Assembly: GCA_013265495.1 (NCBI GenBank)
Contig: MU058241.1
Location: 1,491,249-1,555,248, forward strand
Direction: 5' to 3'
Length of the DNA: 64,000 nucleotides
Origin: Vicugna vicugna
Lineage: Eukaryota
The notes beneath the pieces are model-generated. The model made no database searches and was not told the origin of the DNA. It saw nothing but the letters and a program-made list of their open reading frames with translations. The translations under genes and the position numbers were made by a program. Positions 1-12,164 of the stretch are shown one piece after another. Positions within the stretch are counted from its first letter, which is position 1. Each line of letters starts with the position of its first letter.

Positions 1-1673
1 GTAAAGGGACAACATTTTGAACTTCTCCTGAGAATGTGCACAAACCACTTTCTAATACAGGAAACATTAAGTTTTCCTCATTTAATACACTGTGCTGTTC
101 GTTGCACTGACAGGTCACATGTTTATTAACAGAAAAATGCGGGGGGGCTGTTTCATTTTTCTTCCACACAACTGTAGTTTCTGGAAAGTTTAACACTCTT
201 CAGCACTCTCAGTATTTGCTTCCATGGAGAGATGTATTCAGACATGAAATATCAATTAAATGTTAAGTAATAAATTCCAGGTCATCCAGCAACTGGATTT
301 ATAACAGTGTGCTTTCAGCAATCTCCTTTCCACATTAAGGTTCAAAAAAATATTACTTCATGTAACATTCCAAAAGTTCAATTCTACCCTTGACTACAAA
401 CTGGCCCATGTACTAGAATAACATAGAATGACTGATTCCAAAAACTGACAAAGCATGATTTTTAACTAATTATTTATGGAGTTGCTTAAAACAGGGACAG
501 CAGATCCTAAATGGGTCCCTGGAGCCTAGCACCTTGCTGTGCAAACGTGTTTCTATTAGTCAAATTTTCCTCAATTCAGAGTTTAAGGGGGAGGAAAAAA
601 AAAATCACTTGGAATTTTGCATGCGCTGATTTTACAAATAAGCACTCAAGCGCAGGAAACTGTTTTGCCTGAGGCTCTAAGGAGGAATAGGGGCTTTTCA
701 ATGAGAATCCAACTTATAGGAGAATCTATGAGCTTTTCGGAGGCAAGAGAGGCACCGCCATTAATTCCAGCAGACATAAGTCAACCAGGTTTGGAACCTT
801 CTTCCACCTTGAGCTTTCATGGGTTCATTGCTCCCCTCCCAACAGCATAAAACATTTCATTTCTGTTCAGGGGGGTCTCACCACCATGTCTGCTCACCGC
901 CCAGCTGAACTCAGAATCAGGTAGGACCCTAACTCGTTAGTATCTGACCCAAATTACGCTCTCATTTCAGTGCAAGATAGATTCGTTCTCTTCTTTGCTA
1001 GACGAGGTATACTGAGCTAATTCAAAGAACTCATAATTTGGGTGAACTGCCTTTTCTGCCAGCACTCTTCACTGGCAAAGGCTACTTTCAGATGTGGAAA
1101 AACCACTGGTGAACAACTCTTCAAGGGCTGAGATCCCGCATCAAACTGATTTAAAATCTACATCAAGAATGGAATAGTCAGTAAAGTGCTTCTCTTACTG
1201 AAACAGCCCCACTTGTAATGAACCACCATCACTGCAACGGAGTCTAAGGTTTGCTATTCTTGGTGGAATGCTCTCACAAGTGGCCGTATCGTATAAAATA
1301 AGATGTAGTCTTAAAGCCTTTTTATAAAGATTAACTTGCTCCGGGCATTACACAACCTCATCAATGCAACAGGAAAATGACTTTTTATTGAAAAATCTTG
1401 CTCTTTGGTCTGTTTGAACGTTTCCTAGCAAAACTAGGAAGTCCAACGGTGAGAAATAGCCGAATACGACGAAGCGCGTTTTTCGTTAAGCGTGAGGAAG
1501 GGTAAGAACTTGCAAAGGGAGCGATGTTTCCTGTATCCTCATTACTGGAAACAGAATCTGCCTGAATGCAACACTGAGGCTTCCTGATAAAGATGAGGTC
1601 AATCTTCTGCTGCTAAATAATCATCAGTCATAGCCTGTGTACACAGTTGGGCTGGTAAAACAGAAAAGCAAAA

Positions 1674-1676
<3 letters not shown>

Positions 1677-1709
<33 letters not shown>
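1677..1709 (+). repeat. Pure poly(A) tract with no recognisable retroelement body
   Basis: Uninterrupted A run seen directly. Confidence 0.9.
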
Positions 1710-1711
<2 letters not shown>

Positions 1712-2729
1712 TGGGGTAAAAAGAAGCAAATGAGAAAAAGATTATTGGAAATACTTGGAAGTATCACCTCAAGGTCAACAGGTGGAAGGACTGATTCTAA
1801 AATACAACTCAACATAAAACAGGATGAAGGTCAAACTTGAGAAAGAAGGTCATTTTCCAACGTGATCGACCTATTTTTGTTTCGACACCAACAAATACAA
1901 ATATTTTTTGACTAAATGGAAAATGTAAAAATCACGACAGAGTCCATGCAAGTCTGGGATATAAAGTAAGTTCTGATCATCTAGTTAAGGACGAACAGTC
2001 TGCAAGGGAGATTTCAGAAGCGATATATATTATCCATGTGGCCGGTCTGGAATTCAGATACTAACTCACGGATGGAATTTCTGGTTCAGCCCAGGGACAG
2101 CAGCCACACATTTGCCTACCTTCCCCGTGGAAGGCTACTGAAATAAGTCACGTTGTAGAAGATAAATGCCAATTTCACGGTAGGATCAAAAAGATGGAAG
2201 GGTATCGCCAACTTCCCGGAACATTTTTAAACAGAAAGGAGACTACACAGGTAGATAAATGACAACTGAACCTTAGCAAGTGATGTGTGTAGGACCCAGA
2301 GAGATCACGCAGCTGGATTCACGGGGACCTATGTGTGGAGGTCTACCACACAGCCCCCCACACCTCGAGGTGGCCATGGAGTGCCTGCCAGCTTCTGTCC
2401 CCAGCCAAAGCCCCAGACCCGCTTTCTAAATTGTGACAGATTTTCACAGAGGAGCCCTTCATTCAGCTGTGGATGCAAGAACAGAAGAAGAAGAAAACCA
2501 AGGTGACTGGAGATCACTCTGTGGACACAGAAAGTGAACTGAAAGGAAGACTTACCAAGGAGCACAAGGCACGGGGTCCTCCCCTCCCAGAACGAAGTCG
2601 ATGTTACTTTTGTTTTTGCTGGGATCCTAAGAGTGCCTGTGTGACCCCCCCTTCCCTTTTAGAAAAATCTGTCTGCTGACAGAACCTGGCATCTCCACAT
2701 TTATGAAAGAAGTCCATTAGAAACACAGC

Positions 2730-2897
2730 TATACAAAAATAAAATTTCTTCTGTATAGCACAAGCAACTATGTTCAGTACCTTGTAATAACTTTTAATAA
2801 AAAAGAATATGTATGTATACGCATGACTGGGACATTGTGTTGCACACCAGAAATTGACACATTGTAACTGACTGTACTTAAAAAAAAAAAGAAAAAA
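2730..2897 (+). mobile_element. 5'-truncated L1 3' end (artiodactyl/camelid type)
   Basis: 'tttcttctgtatagcacaagcaactatgttcagtaccttgtaataac...gcatgactgggacattgtg...' plus A tail; degenerate TSD gaaacacagcta/gaaacagagcca; same motif recurs across the window. Confidence 0.88.
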
Positions 2898-2989
2898 CGA
2901 AACAGAGCCACACAGTGGGAAAGCAGTCACTGTAGCCCTACCACGAACTCAGTCTCTTATTCAGTAATATACACAGTTAAACAAAAAAG

Positions 2990-3900
2990 ACCAGCTGGTA
3001 GAAAAACAAATGAATGAGCAGAATAAAAATACGCCTAAGTCATGATCAAGACAGCAAGGAACAATGTGAAAATATACAAAACAGGAGTAACAGAAGAAAT
3101 AAAGGAAGTCCTCTAGGAGCCTGATTCGTACCTTCAGGGGGATTCCAAAGGGTGTTCGTAGAAAAGTGACATGTTATTTTAAAAAATGGAACATGAATGA
3201 TAGTTACTAGATAGTTCATAGAAAGTCGCATTACAGAATGAACGTGCCCAAAGAACAAATTTATGATCCGCAGGATAAAACTGAGTAAATATTCCAGAAC
3301 ATACAGCAAAAATTACAAAGAAATAGAAAGTAAACTGAAGGGGCGCAGAGGCGAGATCAAGGAAGGAGCGTTAAGAAGCTCATAGGATTTCCCGAGGAGG
3401 GAATTGAGAAACTAGGGGGAGCGACGATAAATTAAATCAGAGAACAAGTCCACCATTTGGAAAGCGATGATCGTGACTTGGGGTTGAATGGGAACAAAGC
3501 AGCTTAAAAAACAAAACAAAACAAAACAAAAAACAGCCACACCAACACATTCTGACGAGTGAGTGACCAGAATGAGAAGGATGAAAAGTCCAAAGTCCAA
3601 AAGCTTAGAGAAAGAGAAGGAGATATTGTTTCTTAAAAACACATCTCATCACATCCTTGGGGACGTGAACACAGACTACGACTTCAAAGTTTTGAAGGGA
3701 AATGTGTCTGCACCATGGTTTTATATCCAAACTATTAAACACTATCAGAACTTTCCCCCAGCAATCAAGGTTCTCATCATGTTTACTGCACATATACTTC
3801 TCCTCATAAAAGCATATCCTTTGGGATGTGTTCCAGCCAAACAATTTCAGTGCAGGGAGAGATAAAACATTCAAAGAACAGTGCAACGGATATCCAACAA
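2990..3900 (+). mobile_element. Degraded ancient L1/HAL1 ORF1-like fragments
   Basis: A-rich, L1 ORF1-like phrases ('gcaaaaattacaaagaaatagaaag', 'ttcaaagttttgaagggaaat...ttttatatccaaactatta'). Confidence 0.45.
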
Positions 3901-4069
3901 CGCAGGGCAGAAGGATGACTGACAGCCAGACACACCGTGGATGGAAATCCTATATAAACACCAAGTCGAGTGAGTGCAGCCAGGCACACACACACACACA
4001 CACGGACAGACACACAAAGAGTTGCTACTCTCCAAGACCACTTCCACAAAGTCACACAACAGGCAGAGC

Positions 4070-4330
4070 TGATCCATTGTGACAGAAGTCAGCAAGGTGT
4101 TACCTTTGGTGGTCGTGTTGGGGGGCAGATACCATGGTTCAGAGTGGCTGTCAATGGAGCTTCCAGGAAGACAGTCACGTTCTACCTTCTTATCTTGGTG
4201 GTCATGAGCCAAGTCTGTTCATTTGGTGAAAATTCATCAAGCTGGACACATATGGTGCACTTTTCTGTGTGTTCTCCTACAAAAAAAAAAAAAAAAACCC
4301 AAAACAAAAAACAAATTAACAACAACAAAA
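4070..4330 (+). mobile_element. Old L1 (L1ME-like) 3' end
   Basis: 'gacagaagtcagcaaggtgttacctttgg...tcatttggtgaaaattcatcaagctggacaca...tgcacttttctgtgtg' followed by an A-rich tail. Confidence 0.65.
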
Positions 4331-4549
4331 AAAACCTTTACCCAGATAAAAGAAGGAAAGCAAATGACTGCCTCTGAGGCTCCAGACAGCCTCCACACAG
4401 TTGTCAGAGTTCACAGTGCATGTTCTGCAGTGAGGAAATGAACTATTCCAGCGTGAGGGAAATGGCGAACCCAGGATGGGGTTTCTTCATCACAGGCCTA
4501 CAGGTTTAATGCCACTTCAAGATGGCAAAGGCTAGTAAGAAACACGCCA

Positions 4550-5160
4550 GCATATATCCAGAGGAAACTCCAATTCGATAAGACACCTGCACCCCAATGT
4601 TCATAGCAGCACAATTTACAATAGACAAGACGTGGAAACAGCCTAAATGTCCATCAATAGATGACTAAAGATGTGGTATATATAGACAAGTGGGATATTA
4701 CTCAGCCATAAAAAGAATAAAATAATGCCATTTACAGCAACATGGATGTATCTGGAGAGCATCATTGTAAGTGGAGTAAGCCAGAAGGAGAAAGAAAAGT
4801 ACCGTACGATATCACTCATATGCGGAATCTAAAAAAGGAAAAAAACGAAGACACTAATGAACTAATCCACAAAACAGAAACAGACTCACAGACATAGTAA
4901 AAATAATCCTGTGATTCCCAGGGGGGAAAGGGGGTGGGAAGTGATGAATTGGGAGTTCGAGATTTGCAAATATACTATACTACTGTGTATAAAAATAGAT
5001 TAAAAACAAATTTTTCTGTCGGGCACAGGGAACTATATTCAATATCTTGCAGTGACCTACTATGAAAATGAGTATATGTATGTATATGTATGACTGAAAC
5101 ATTATATTGTACACCACAAACTGACACATTCTGAGTGTATTTCAATAAAAAAAAAAAAGA
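4550..5160 (+). mobile_element. L1 ORF2 C-terminus plus 3' UTR, 5'-truncated
   Basis: 'gacacctgcaccccaatgttcatagcagcacaatttacaata...' through poly(A); TSD aagaaacacgcca/aagaagcatgcca. Confidence 0.93.
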
Positions 5161-6153
5161 AAGAAGCATGCCAATGGTTTGGGTAACAGTATAAGATGGC
5201 AAAATCATGTGGCTAGCACCCTGGTCTATTACGGCCATGAAAAATTTCCTTGAAATCACAAACAAGCACGTTCAAGGGCAACAAAGGAATGAACTTTTGG
5301 GACTACAGGTACCAAATTCTGTTTTAAGACCGCTCACCAGCGTGGCAGGAGACGCTGAATCAAGAATGCTAAACATGAGAAGGGGGCTCGGGGTGAGCCC
5401 ACTAGACCATGCCAGGAGAAGCAGGTGGCTCAACTTCTTCCTCCGCCTTCACCTATGCTAGGACAGCTGGCTTCCGTGAACTCCAGATCCCCACGAGCCA
5501 CTGGAAACCCTTCAGAACTTGGAGTGAGTATCTGGGCGAGCAGATGCTTCTCAAGAGCAATCATCATGGCTAGTGTACGCCTCAAGGTCTCCTGTAATCA
5601 ACAGTGCGTTGACCGATGAGTTCCTATTACGTGAACAGACCTTCTCCTGGTCACCCTACAATTCCTGTCTCTCAGCCCTCACGGAAGCACAATGAGACAG
5701 AGCGTGTTGGAGGTATGTCTTGATGTGGGCAAACTGTGGCTGTTGGAGGTGGAATTAGTTGGAACAGGTGCTCGACAGAGGATGGCTTTCTGCCTGCAGA
5801 GCCCAGGGCTCTGAACTGCAATGACGCACTGGCTCTGGGTGCGGGGACAGGAAGGGGCACGTGGCATGCTCTTCCAGCAGAACAACGGCCCTGCCTCTAA
5901 TCTAAACGGCTCCGGTGGGACCGGCAGGTGTACGTCCCCACGTACTTCCCGTCACTGTCCACAAGCCCTGTTAGGACTCTCAGCTACCGGTGTCCACCTG
6001 TCTCCCATCCAAAAGGACGCTCCTGAGAGCTGGCCGTGGCTAATCACAATGGCTCATTCCTGTGACACGTTCACCTGTCCCACAGGGGGTCCAGCACCTC
6101 GACAGGTCTAGTACGCGTCCTTCGGAGAAGTTCTGTGTATAGAAGCAGAGTGA

Positions 6154-6724
6154 TGTAAAGTACCAGACTGTGTGCACCCCAAATATTCTTATCTGGCATT
6201 TGGATTTTTTTGAGCTCGTTATTTTGAGAAACAGCAGACAGGGGAGAAGCCCTGAGGACAGAAGAAGTTACCCTTTTGAAAGGGAAGCTTACAGTTTATA
6301 AAGGAAATCTCCTTTTGTCAGGCTGTCTCCCTCTCTGTGCCAGGAGGAGGACATCCCTACATCACAAAGAAATCTTATCAGGGAAAAAGGCACCAAGTCA
6401 AATCTGCGTAATGAACCTTGTCTTTGTTTACTGTAGTTTCCACAGTAACCCTGCCATACCTGCCCCACCACACACACAGACACACACAGACACACACAGA
6501 CACACACACACACACACACATTTCTCCTTCTTTACCTTTAGTTGAAGACAGTATTTAAGCTGGTGGCTTAGTGTTTATCAGTGAATTACTCATTTTTGCT
6601 GGTTATCTCCCACGTACACGGGAGGTAGTCATGTTAATGAACTATTTGCTGTCTTTCATGACAACGGGACTCAGCTGAGAATACACTCAGAAGGGTAGAG
6701 GGAAAATGATATTTCCTTTTCTGA
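6154..6724 (+). mobile_element. Solo ERV1 LTR, MER34A-like, with internal (CA)n at about 6469-6520
   Basis: Matches the recalled MER34A start 'tgtaggggaccagaatatgccaccccaaaatatgc...ttattttgagaaactgcagacacaggagaagc...agaagttacccttttgtaagggaaatttaca'; ends 'agaagggtagagggaaaa...tttcct'. Confidence 0.8.
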
Positions 6725-7377
6725 TTAAGCTGGCTTGACAGAGGCATCTGTCCCTGGCCACCCGCAAAGGCTCCTCCGATCTAAACATAATAAATTACAA
6801 TGTGGTGTGCTTTGATAGCTACATCTGAGGTAGTTGCGAGCAGACGCTGTTCATCCCATTTTCAAACAAAGAGGCTGCATTTCTCTTTTATACGCACTAT
6901 CTTTTAAGGTATTTACTAATCCCAGGGAGCTAGAGAAATCTGCAGCTACGAAAACTGCAGAGGGAAAAAGACAGCTGAGGGGAGCATGAAGATTCAAGAC
7001 AGACTCTCAAGCAGGACCAGGCTCCCAAGAAAAGAGATGAGAGCTTGAAAGCAAAGGTGTTGTGCGAGCATCGTTACCTACCGCAGGGCAGGGCAGATAC
7101 ACAAAAAGTTTAGCCCTTTGTGATGAAAATCGGTACCTCCGTGAATAAGACCACTACCCCGGACACACATGGTGACGTCAGCGCTGGGGAGGGGGGGGAA
7201 GGGTTTGTAATGCTGGACAATCCCTCCCGCCTAGGCAGCTGTGTTCTCACAGCAGGGGCTCCACCAACACGTGTTCGAGGCAACATTGAAGGAGGCACAT
7301 CGTATTCTCAGCGAATGCTGTATTTCCCATCAGGCAACTCCTAAGTTCTCCTACAGACAAACCCCCATAGCTTGAGT

Positions 7378-7685
7378 CGAAGGGATCTAGAACATGCCAC
7401 CCCGAAACATGCCTGTTTGCTGTGCAAGTTCTTCTGAGCTAAAGGCAATCAGGAACAGCAGACTCACGGAAAGCTCTCCGCCTTCCCTACCGGCCTGCTC
7501 ATCGAACATACAAGTTTCCTCTCCGTAAAGGAAACTTACACTTACACAGCAGTTTCCCATTGGCAGAGATGTCTCCAAGCCAGAAAGAGAGCTCCTCCCA
7601 GAGGCAATTCTGACCACCCAAGAGACCCTTATCTGCATAAGTAGGACCCTTACTGCCACACATTTCCCTCCCTCTCCTCCCCTCC
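7378..7685 (+). mobile_element. Partial MER34-family LTR
   Basis: 'tagaacatgccaccccgaaacatgcc...ttctgagctaaaggcaat...taaaggaaacttaca...cttatctgcataa' resembles the other MER34 copies in the window. Confidence 0.65.
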
Positions 7686-8002
7686 ATGAGGATGATGCCT
7701 TTGATGAAGCCTTTTAAGACCAAGAGGCGGCAGGACCAGCTTGCGAAGACACAGTCACCCTGGCAAATACATAGCATTTGCCACATGTTTTCCAGAGAGG
7801 ATGGCTTTAGATTGGGGAACCAAAGAGTAAATAGGAAACCGTAGCATGAGGATGATACTAATAATGAAGAGGAAGGGGAGGTGGATGGGGAAAGGAAAGG
7901 GGAGGAGGGAGTGGGGGGAGGAGGGAGTGAGGACAGGGTCAAAAAACTATATATATTTTTAGTATCTTTATTTTCTTGCTGCTTTCATTTATTTATTTAC
8001 CT

Positions 8003-8270
8003 ATTTTTAACTGAAGTATTTTAAACATTTAACGTTGTATAAATGTAGGGTCTGTAACATGTTAATTTGATGCATTTGTATATTATCTGATTGCCATTGT
8101 AGCAATAACTGGCACCTCCATTATGTTCCGTAAATTAATCCCTTCTTTCCAGTGGTTAGAATAATCAAGTTGCAATTTCTCAGCAAGTTTGGTGCTTCTC
8201 ATACAGTTTTGTCTATATTCACGACACGGTGCATTCGATCTCTAGGGCTTGCTTACTGCTGGTGGCAAGT
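8003..8270 (-). mobile_element. Older L1 (L1MA9/10-like) 3' end
   Basis: Reverse-strand 3' UTR phrases 'ttgtataaatgtagggtctgtaacatgttaatttga' and 'ttctcagcaagttt...gtgcattcgatctctagggctt'. Confidence 0.65.
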
Positions 8271-8289
8271 TTGTTATCTTGTGTTTGTT

Positions 8290-8364
8290 TCAGTTTTTTT
8301 TATTTTTATTTTTATTGAAGTACAGTCAGTTTACCGTGCGTGATTATTTCTGGTATACCGCACG
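8290..8364 (-). mobile_element. Very short L1 3' terminus
   Basis: T-tract followed by 'attgaagtacagtcagtttac', the reverse complement of the L1 terminal 'gtaaactgactgtacttcaat'. Confidence 0.75.
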
Positions 8365-8371
8365 AGAAACC

Positions 8372-8866
8372 GAACTTCTGATGGAGCAAGTTTTGACTTC
8401 CTTGGCTCAGAGGAACCAAAAAACAAAACAGAGGACAACAGCCAGCTCAGAACGATGTAAACATGGAAGGAAAAAGAAATAGTTCTGTGTATTAGGGGAA
8501 AACAAGGCATCATGTCCCATGAAGGGAAAACTTAGAGACTGCTCTGGCTGTCTCCAGAGCGGGCCCACATTCTAGTCTGGACGAGAAGGTGAATTTAACG
8601 TTCATACTCAGATGCATGAAGGTGTGTAATTCTTGCATCAAGGTTATTCACTTACATGTTGACTTTCAACGTAAGTGAAATGAGTAGAACTCTGTCTGGT
8701 CAGTGCATTTTACTAGGAACTAGTGTTTCTGCACAAGTGGGAAAGCCAGGCTGGACGTCCACCTCTTTTGCAGCTAACTTGGGAGGTAATTACTGCTGGG
8801 AATGAGGATTCTTTTTTTTTTTTTTCCCTTGGTTTAGGGCCAGTCTGGCCTGGGTTTATTTGTCTG
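8372..8866 (-). mobile_element. Probable solo LTR, family not assigned
   Basis: About 500 bp block between L1 fragments with LTR-like composition; weak recognition. Confidence 0.35.
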
Positions 8867-8877
8867 AGTATATGATG

Positions 8878-9080
8878 AGTTCATTTCTGGTACACAGCAT
8901 AGTGATTCAGTTATACATATATATATTCTTTTTCATTATAGGTTATTACAAGATATTGAATATAGTTTCCTCTGCTCTACAGGAGGACCCTGTTGTTTAT
9001 CTGTTTTCTGTACAGTAGTGTGTACCTGCAAATCCCGAAATCCCAAATAAAATACTTAGGAATAAACCCAATGAAGGAGG
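8878..9080 (-). mobile_element. L1 3' UTR fragment joined to an inverted ORF2 fragment (9049-9080, + strand)
   Basis: Reverse L1 3' UTR 'ttattacaagatattgaatatagtttcctctgctctacaggaggacc', then forward 'aaaatacttaggaataaacccaatgaaggagg' (KYLGIN motif of ORF2 RT). Confidence 0.75.
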
Positions 9081-11373
9081 CTACAGGATGGGGGGTCGGG
9101 GGGCGTGGTATGGCGTGGACGAATATTTTTAAAGGCAGTAATAGCAGATACTGACTTTACGTCCTTTTATTATGAAAGTTAAAGTGGAGAGACAAATGGG
9201 CTGTGTACGGGATGACAGAGCCAGAGCTTGTTTTCTCTTTCCTGGGACCAGGAGGGCCCTGCAAGGGTGTAACTTCCCACCCACAAGACCAAGGAGCCAC
9301 GCTGCGACCAGCAACGACACACAGCGTCCGCTGGAGGCCGGCACCCAGTGCAAGAGGGCGCGCCCCACACTGAGCCTCCACAAACACTGCGACCCTCCCT
9401 CGGGTACCCCGTGCCCCTTCCCCAGAGCACCAGTCACTGCCGGCCCAACACACCTCCCCACGGGATGCCAGGACCCCAGGCAACAGCTGCCCCACTGCCT
9501 GACTGTCCCAGGCTGCCCGGTGCGACCCTGGGCTGTCTACCTGGGAGTTCCACAAATGAATGATCAGAACAGAATAATCAGAAAATGACTGCCAGCATGC
9601 AGTTCAGAGAGAGAAGGAAGTTGGCAATTTTCAGACTTTCTTCTAGGTACATATGCATTCTGTGTGGAAAATGTAAAAAGACGTGGCACGTAGACATACG
9701 AGGTCTAACACTAAGCTCATCTTCAGGGAAGATCTCAGTAACTCTCCTCTTTGCTGTCAACTCAGAATTCAAACCTAGAGTTATGAAACAAACAAAAATC
9801 AATGTCCTCAACGTCCATTTCTTGGAAAGTTACACAGGTACGTAAGTGGTACAGAAGTGGCTTTAAGGATGACCCTTTTAGACCCTGGATTACTTCCAAG
9901 GCACTGCTGTTGTTCACAGTGTACGTACCTAAATCATACATCCACCAATGCACCTGCACGCATGCGAAGTATACCATACAGAAAACACCACATTACATCA
10001 AAAAGCAATATAATGTTCTATACATGCATCGTTATACAATAATAATATATTTAGCACTATAGTAACTTGTAACCTTCAAAACCTCTATATTTTAAAAATA
10101 TATTAATATATTATCATACATTGTAACATACGAATATCACATCATACATACCCTACATTTCAGTTTATATTTTAATACACATGTATTTCAATGTGAAGCT
10201 CAACTCTTAATACCTTGGCCAAGAGGTTCTTAACTTTGACAATTTTCCTATGTAACTGAATTATCCTCCATTTTTCTCCATACACAGAACCAATATCTTT
10301 TTCTCAGCACTTTAGCTAATGGGAGTCACAGAAATGAAAGGAAAAAAATTCTAAGAAAAATGCCTTCTTATTTTATTTTTAGTAGTTCTACAGTATAGAA
10401 AACTTTAAATCCTCTCTGAAGCTTAAGAAAGATCTTGCAGTGGGCTTCCCTGACTTCACGTCCCTACGATGTCTTCTTTTTTGGGTTCTGAACAAGCAGA
10501 GTTGATACTTTGCACCAAAAAAAAAAGGCAGTGTATTCACCCTCCTTGTTCTAAGGACATTCAATGACTCTGTAGATAAATTTAAAAAATTCATATATCC
10601 TTGAGGAAGCTCTTCCCATGACAGAATGAAGGAGATATATTTTAAGTGGGGAGAGAAGGAACTGCAAGCCACCAATGTCATAAAATTATGTTAAATTATG
10701 TAAATATCTGTTAAAATTCAGGCACAGTGAATGAACAGTCTGGATTAATGCACAACACATTCTGAAGGTCTCTTTGGCAGGTAGGGGAGAAAACATCTCT
10801 TTCCTTCTACCCTCCTAGGTTCACAGCACATCTCTGAAGCCCTTCACTGGTGGGATTTATGGCTGATCCTTTGTAAACTGAGAAATGCCTAGAGAATAAG
10901 TTTCCATGGAAAGGCAGGGCCAAGACGTGGCTGTCAGACGGTTTTCTCACACTCACAAATTCACTCCAGCTGAAGCCTGCATCCTAAGCATGCGTGTCGA
11001 TAAGAAAAGACGTGGGAGTGGCTGTATGTCCATCACTCCCCCACCCCCAATTCAGACCTGGTTTAGCCTTTTCCAAGGAGGAAAATCAGAAAATTAGCAG
11101 GTTTTGAATAGGAAATTCCCCCTGGAGCATCTTTCTTGTACTTTTTTCATTAACATTCAACTTTACCTGAAATCATCCTATTTGCTTGTTTGCCTGCCAA
11201 TCAACTCAGCTCATCTCCCCTGCAAAAGGAATTTGTTTTTGTTTCCATGACCTAGTCTGACCCTCCACCCAACAAGTGACCTCAGCATTTGATTCCCATT
11301 TTTTTCTGATTAGCAACTCACCTCTAGATTCTGATGCTTGCTGCTTTTATGTTTTCTAACATAACTAACATTT

Positions 11374-11968
11374 GCACTATTTACAATAGCCAAGACATGG
11401 GAGCAACCTAAACGCCCATCAACAGATGACTGGATAAAGAAGTTATGGTATATTTGTATAATGGAATACTACACAGCCATAAAAAAGAATGAAATAATGC
11501 CATTTGCAGCAACATGGATGGACCTTGAGATTATCATACTAAGTGAAGTAAGTCAGACACAGACAAAAACCATATGATATCACTTACATGTGGAATCTAA
11601 AAAAAACAAACAAACAAAAAACAGGATACAAATGAACTTATCTACAAACCAGAAATAGACTCTCAGATATAGAAAACAAACTATGGTTACCAAAGGGGAA
11701 GGAGAGGGAGGGATAAATTAGGAGTTTGGGATTAGCAGATAAACACTACTAAATATAAAATAGGTGAAAAATAAGGACCTACTGTATAGCACAGGGAATT
11801 ATATTCAATATCTTGTAATAACCCATGATGGAAAAAACCCTGAAAAAGAATATATATATATATACACACACACATATATATATACATACATAAAGGTGAA
11901 TAATTTGCTGTATACCTGAAACTAACACAATGTAAATCAACTATATTTCAATAGAATTTTTTTTTAAA
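11374..11968 (+). mobile_element. L1 ORF2 end plus 3' UTR
   Basis: 'gcactatttacaatagccaagacatgggagcaacctaaacgcccatcaacagatgactggataaagaag...aaatcaactatatttcaata'. Confidence 0.93.
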
Positions 11969-11984
11969 TAACTACCGCCATCCA

Positions 11985-12160
11985 CGTGCCAAGCATTATT
12001 GTAACTGCTTTACAGCTGTTAATTTCTTTTATCCTTCAAATACCCACCACGATGCAGTGCCACCAGTTCCCATTTGAAGACACTTAAGAGCAAGAATGCA
12101 AACACTCGCCCCAAGTATGCATGCATCTAGGCGAGGGCAACATGAGAGCTGAAATCTGTG
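11985..12160 (-). mobile_element. MIR SINE remnant
   Basis: 'gtgccaagcattattgtaactgctttaca...tttatccttcaaatacc...cccattt...aaacactcgccccaag' MIR core-like. Confidence 0.55.
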
Positions 12161-12164
12161 ATCT

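Noticed and set aside
1637..1840. Poly-Lys and poly-Phe ORFs
   Set aside because: Translation of the poly(A) tract.
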